Source: Pseudomonadota bacterium (GTDB taxonomy: Bacteria; Desulfobacterota; Desulfobacteria; Desulfobacterales; JBDRRP01). Taken from it: 29,248 nucleotides of DNA. The stretch lies in NCBI GenBank assembly GCA_043825735.1, contig JBDRRP010000136.1:62001-91248 (forward strand), in the 5' to 3' direction. Made by a program: the position numbers and the translations under genes. Shown in pieces: positions 27,194-29,248 of this stretch; the first letter of the stretch is position 1, and each line of letters opens with the position of its first letter. Below the pieces are notes generated by a model. The model did not search any database, had not been told where the DNA came from, and saw only the letters and a program-made list of their open reading frames with translations.

Positions 27194-28111
27194 ATGATTA
27201 TGACTGCCGCTTCGCTTGAAGACAAAACCTCGGCGCTGGCCCCCGTGCCCCCCCTGCCGCGTTGCCTGGGCGCGCACTACTCCATTGCCGGCGGCTATGA
27301 AAACGCGCTTTTCGCCGCCGCCCGCTACGGCTGCCGGGCGGTTCAGATCTTCACCAAGAACGCCAGCGCCTGGGCCGAGCGCACCGTCACCAACGAGGAC
27401 CGCGCAGCCCTGGACCGCGCGCGGCAGGAAACCGGCATCACCCGCATCCTCTCACACACCGCCTACCTGATCAACCTGGCATCCCCCGACGATGCCCTTC
27501 ACCGGCGCTCGGTGGATGCCCTGGCCGCGGAACTGGCGCGCTGCGCGGCGCTGGGCATCGGGGAGGTGGTCATGCATCCGGGCGCCCACACGGGCTCCGG
27601 GGCGGACGCCGGGCTGCGCCGGGTCATCTCCGGCATCGATGCGGCCCTGGACCGGCAGCCCGATGCCGCGGTGCGTCTTCTGGTGGAGACCACGGCCGGC
27701 CAGGGCACCGGCATCGGGCACACCTTCGAGCAGCTTGCCGCCATCATCGACGGCGTGTCACAAAAACAGCGCCTGGGCGTGTGCCTGGACACCTGCCACG
27801 TGTTTGCCGCCGGCTACGACATCCGGGATGCCGAGGCGGTGGCTATCGTTCTGGACATTTTCGACGCCCTCATCGGCCTGGAGCGCCTCCACGCGCTCCA
27901 CATCAACGATGCCAAGCGGGAAGCGGGCTCCCGCGTCGATCGCCATGCCCATATCGGCGAGGGGTGCATCGGCCTTGCCGGTTTCAAGGCGCTGATGAAC
28001 GATTCCCGGCTGGCAGGCATTCCCAAGGTATTGGAAACACCCAAAGAAGGCGGCGGCCGCGACTGGGACCGCATCAATTTCGACCGCCTGCGGCGATTGG
28101 TCCGGGATTGA
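27194..28111 (+). CDS. nfo: Endonuclease IV (AP endonuclease)
   Basis: LGAHYSIAGG, QIFTKN, H.AYLINLAS, HPG, ETTAGQG, CLDTCHVFAAGYD, HINDAK..GSRVDRHAHIGEG, LETPK. Confidence 0.96.
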   Translation: MIMTAASLEDKTSALAPVPPLPRCLGAHYSIAGGYENALFAAARYGCRAVQIFTKNASAWAERTVTNEDRAALDRARQETGITRILSHTAYLINLASPDDALHRRSVDALAAELARCAALGIGEVVMHPGAHTGSGADAGLRRVISGIDAALDRQPDAAVRLLVETTAGQGTGIGHTFEQLAAIIDGVSQKQRLGVCLDTCHVFAAGYDIRDAEAVAIVLDIFDALIGLERLHALHINDAKREAGSRVDRHAHIGEGCIGLAGFKALMNDSRLAGIPKVLETPKEGGGRDWDRINFDRLRRLVRD

Positions 28112-28296
28112 CCGGGCAACCGCGAAGCATGACAAATTCGTAAAAAAACAATTTTCTCGCAAAGACGCCAAGCGCGCTAAGAAAACCAAAAGAGAATTTA
28201 CCGCGGATCGTAAGAAGACGGCTTTTGGCTGAAAGGCAACTGCAGAAAGCGAATGGGCGTGTGGAATGGGGGAATGCGGGAATGGTAAAGCTGGAA

Positions 28297-29243
28297 TGGG
28301 GTCGCACCAAGCCAAGTAGAAGTAATCACGATTAAAGATAAGAAAATACCCCCAAGAAACGGGCCAATAATGAGTTTTTTGATGCCAAAAAAGAGGATAT
28401 AGCGTTTTCATGGCCAGAGCGCATCGACATTTTGTTCCCGGTCAGGTTTGGCACATCACACATCGGTGCCACAAAAGAGAATTTTTACTGAAGTTCGCTA
28501 AAGACCGGCACCGCTATCTGCAATGGCTTTACGAAACCAGGAAGCGATACGGATTGGTGGTATTGAATTACACCGTGACAAGCAATCATATCCATTTGCT
28601 CGTCTACGATGATGCTGCCAGCGCTCCTGATGCGATCGCCAAATCGATTCAACTGGTGGCGGGAAGAACCGGACAGGAGTTCAATCAGCGCAAGAAGCGA
28701 AAAGGGGCATACTGGGAGGACCGGTACCATGCCACCGTCATCGAGGATGGCGAGCACCTGTTGCGCTGCATCGTGTATATCGACTTGAACATGGTTCGCG
28801 CCGGTGTGGTTACCCATCCCGTGCAATGGCTGCACGGCGGCTACAATGAGATTCAGGCGCCTCGGCGCAAGTGTATTCTGATCGATTACGATGCGCTTTG
28901 CAGTTTATCTGGATATAATGATTACGCAGTTTTCAAGAACGCACATCGAAAATGGGTTGATGCCGAGGTAGCAAAGGCCGGTTTGAAAAGGCAGCCCCAA
29001 TGGTCCGAGGCGATTGGCGTAGGAAGCGCATCCTTTGTTGCATCAGTGAAAGAGCAGATGAAAGCGATGGCCATAGGACGTAGCCTGAAATCGTCGGATG
29101 GGGCAGGCAGTTTCGAATTGAGGGAGGCGGTCACATCCTATAATCCCCATTTTAGGCCTGAAAAGAGCGATATTGGGCAAGAAAACACCCTGTTTTGGGA
29201 TAAAGTTTGAGCAATTATAGAGGGATAGCTTGGTGCGACCCCA
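28297..29243 (+). mobile_element. Putative ~947-bp element: RAYT-like gene bounded by 16-bp perfect inverted repeats
   Basis: TGGGGTCGCACCAAGC (28297-28312) and GCTTGGTGCGACCCCA (29228-29243) are exact reverse complements; the interior looks more AT-rich than neighbouring genes. Confidence 0.7.
28410..29210 (+). CDS. Y1 HUH transposase, REP-associated tyrosine transposase (RAYT)-like
   Basis: MAR..R..PG..WHIT.R, TSNHIHLL (HUH), G.YWEDRYHA, YIDLNMVRAG (catalytic Tyr region), HP..W; SD AGAGG. Confidence 0.88.
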   Translation: MARAHRHFVPGQVWHITHRCHKREFLLKFAKDRHRYLQWLYETRKRYGLVVLNYTVTSNHIHLLVYDDAASAPDAIAKSIQLVAGRTGQEFNQRKKRKGAYWEDRYHATVIEDGEHLLRCIVYIDLNMVRAGVVTHPVQWLHGGYNEIQAPRRKCILIDYDALCSLSGYNDYAVFKNAHRKWVDAEVAKAGLKRQPQWSEAIGVGSASFVASVKEQMKAMAIGRSLKSSDGAGSFELREAVTSYNPHFRPEKSDIGQENTLFWDKV

Positions 29244-29248
29244 AGACG

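Overview
GC-rich bacterial chromosomal segment. Gene content and repeat style suggest Desulfobacterota (inference). Left part: end of lpxC, a DUF4390-like gene, an ntrY/ntrX-like two-component pair, rsmD, coaD and a LysR regulator, then a DUF368-like gene and pcm on the minus strand. Centre: all seven trp genes, split into two convergent units. trpEGDCF (+) is preceded by a 27-aa Trp-rich leader peptide (..FWWWRGW..), which the ORF track shows only as the tail of a longer ORF, and by TWO interlocking intrinsic terminators. gntR-trpB-trpA (-) has a HutC/UTRA-type GntR regulator translationally coupled to trpB, with a HutC-type palindrome upstream whose 12-bp half also occurs at the trp leader promoter. 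Between the two units lies a signalling block (FIST protein plus two hybrid histidine kinases). Right part: a GAF-sigma54 activator, dinB, aroK, nfo and a RAYT/Y1-type HUH transposase bracketed by perfect 16-bp inverted repeats. Intergenic spaces hold several families of short periodic/inverted repeats and a ~135-bp dispersed element in two copies. The best candidate for an undescribed system is the two-tier trp control (double-terminator attenuator plus GntR-trpBA). All calls come from reading motifs by eye; no searches were run.
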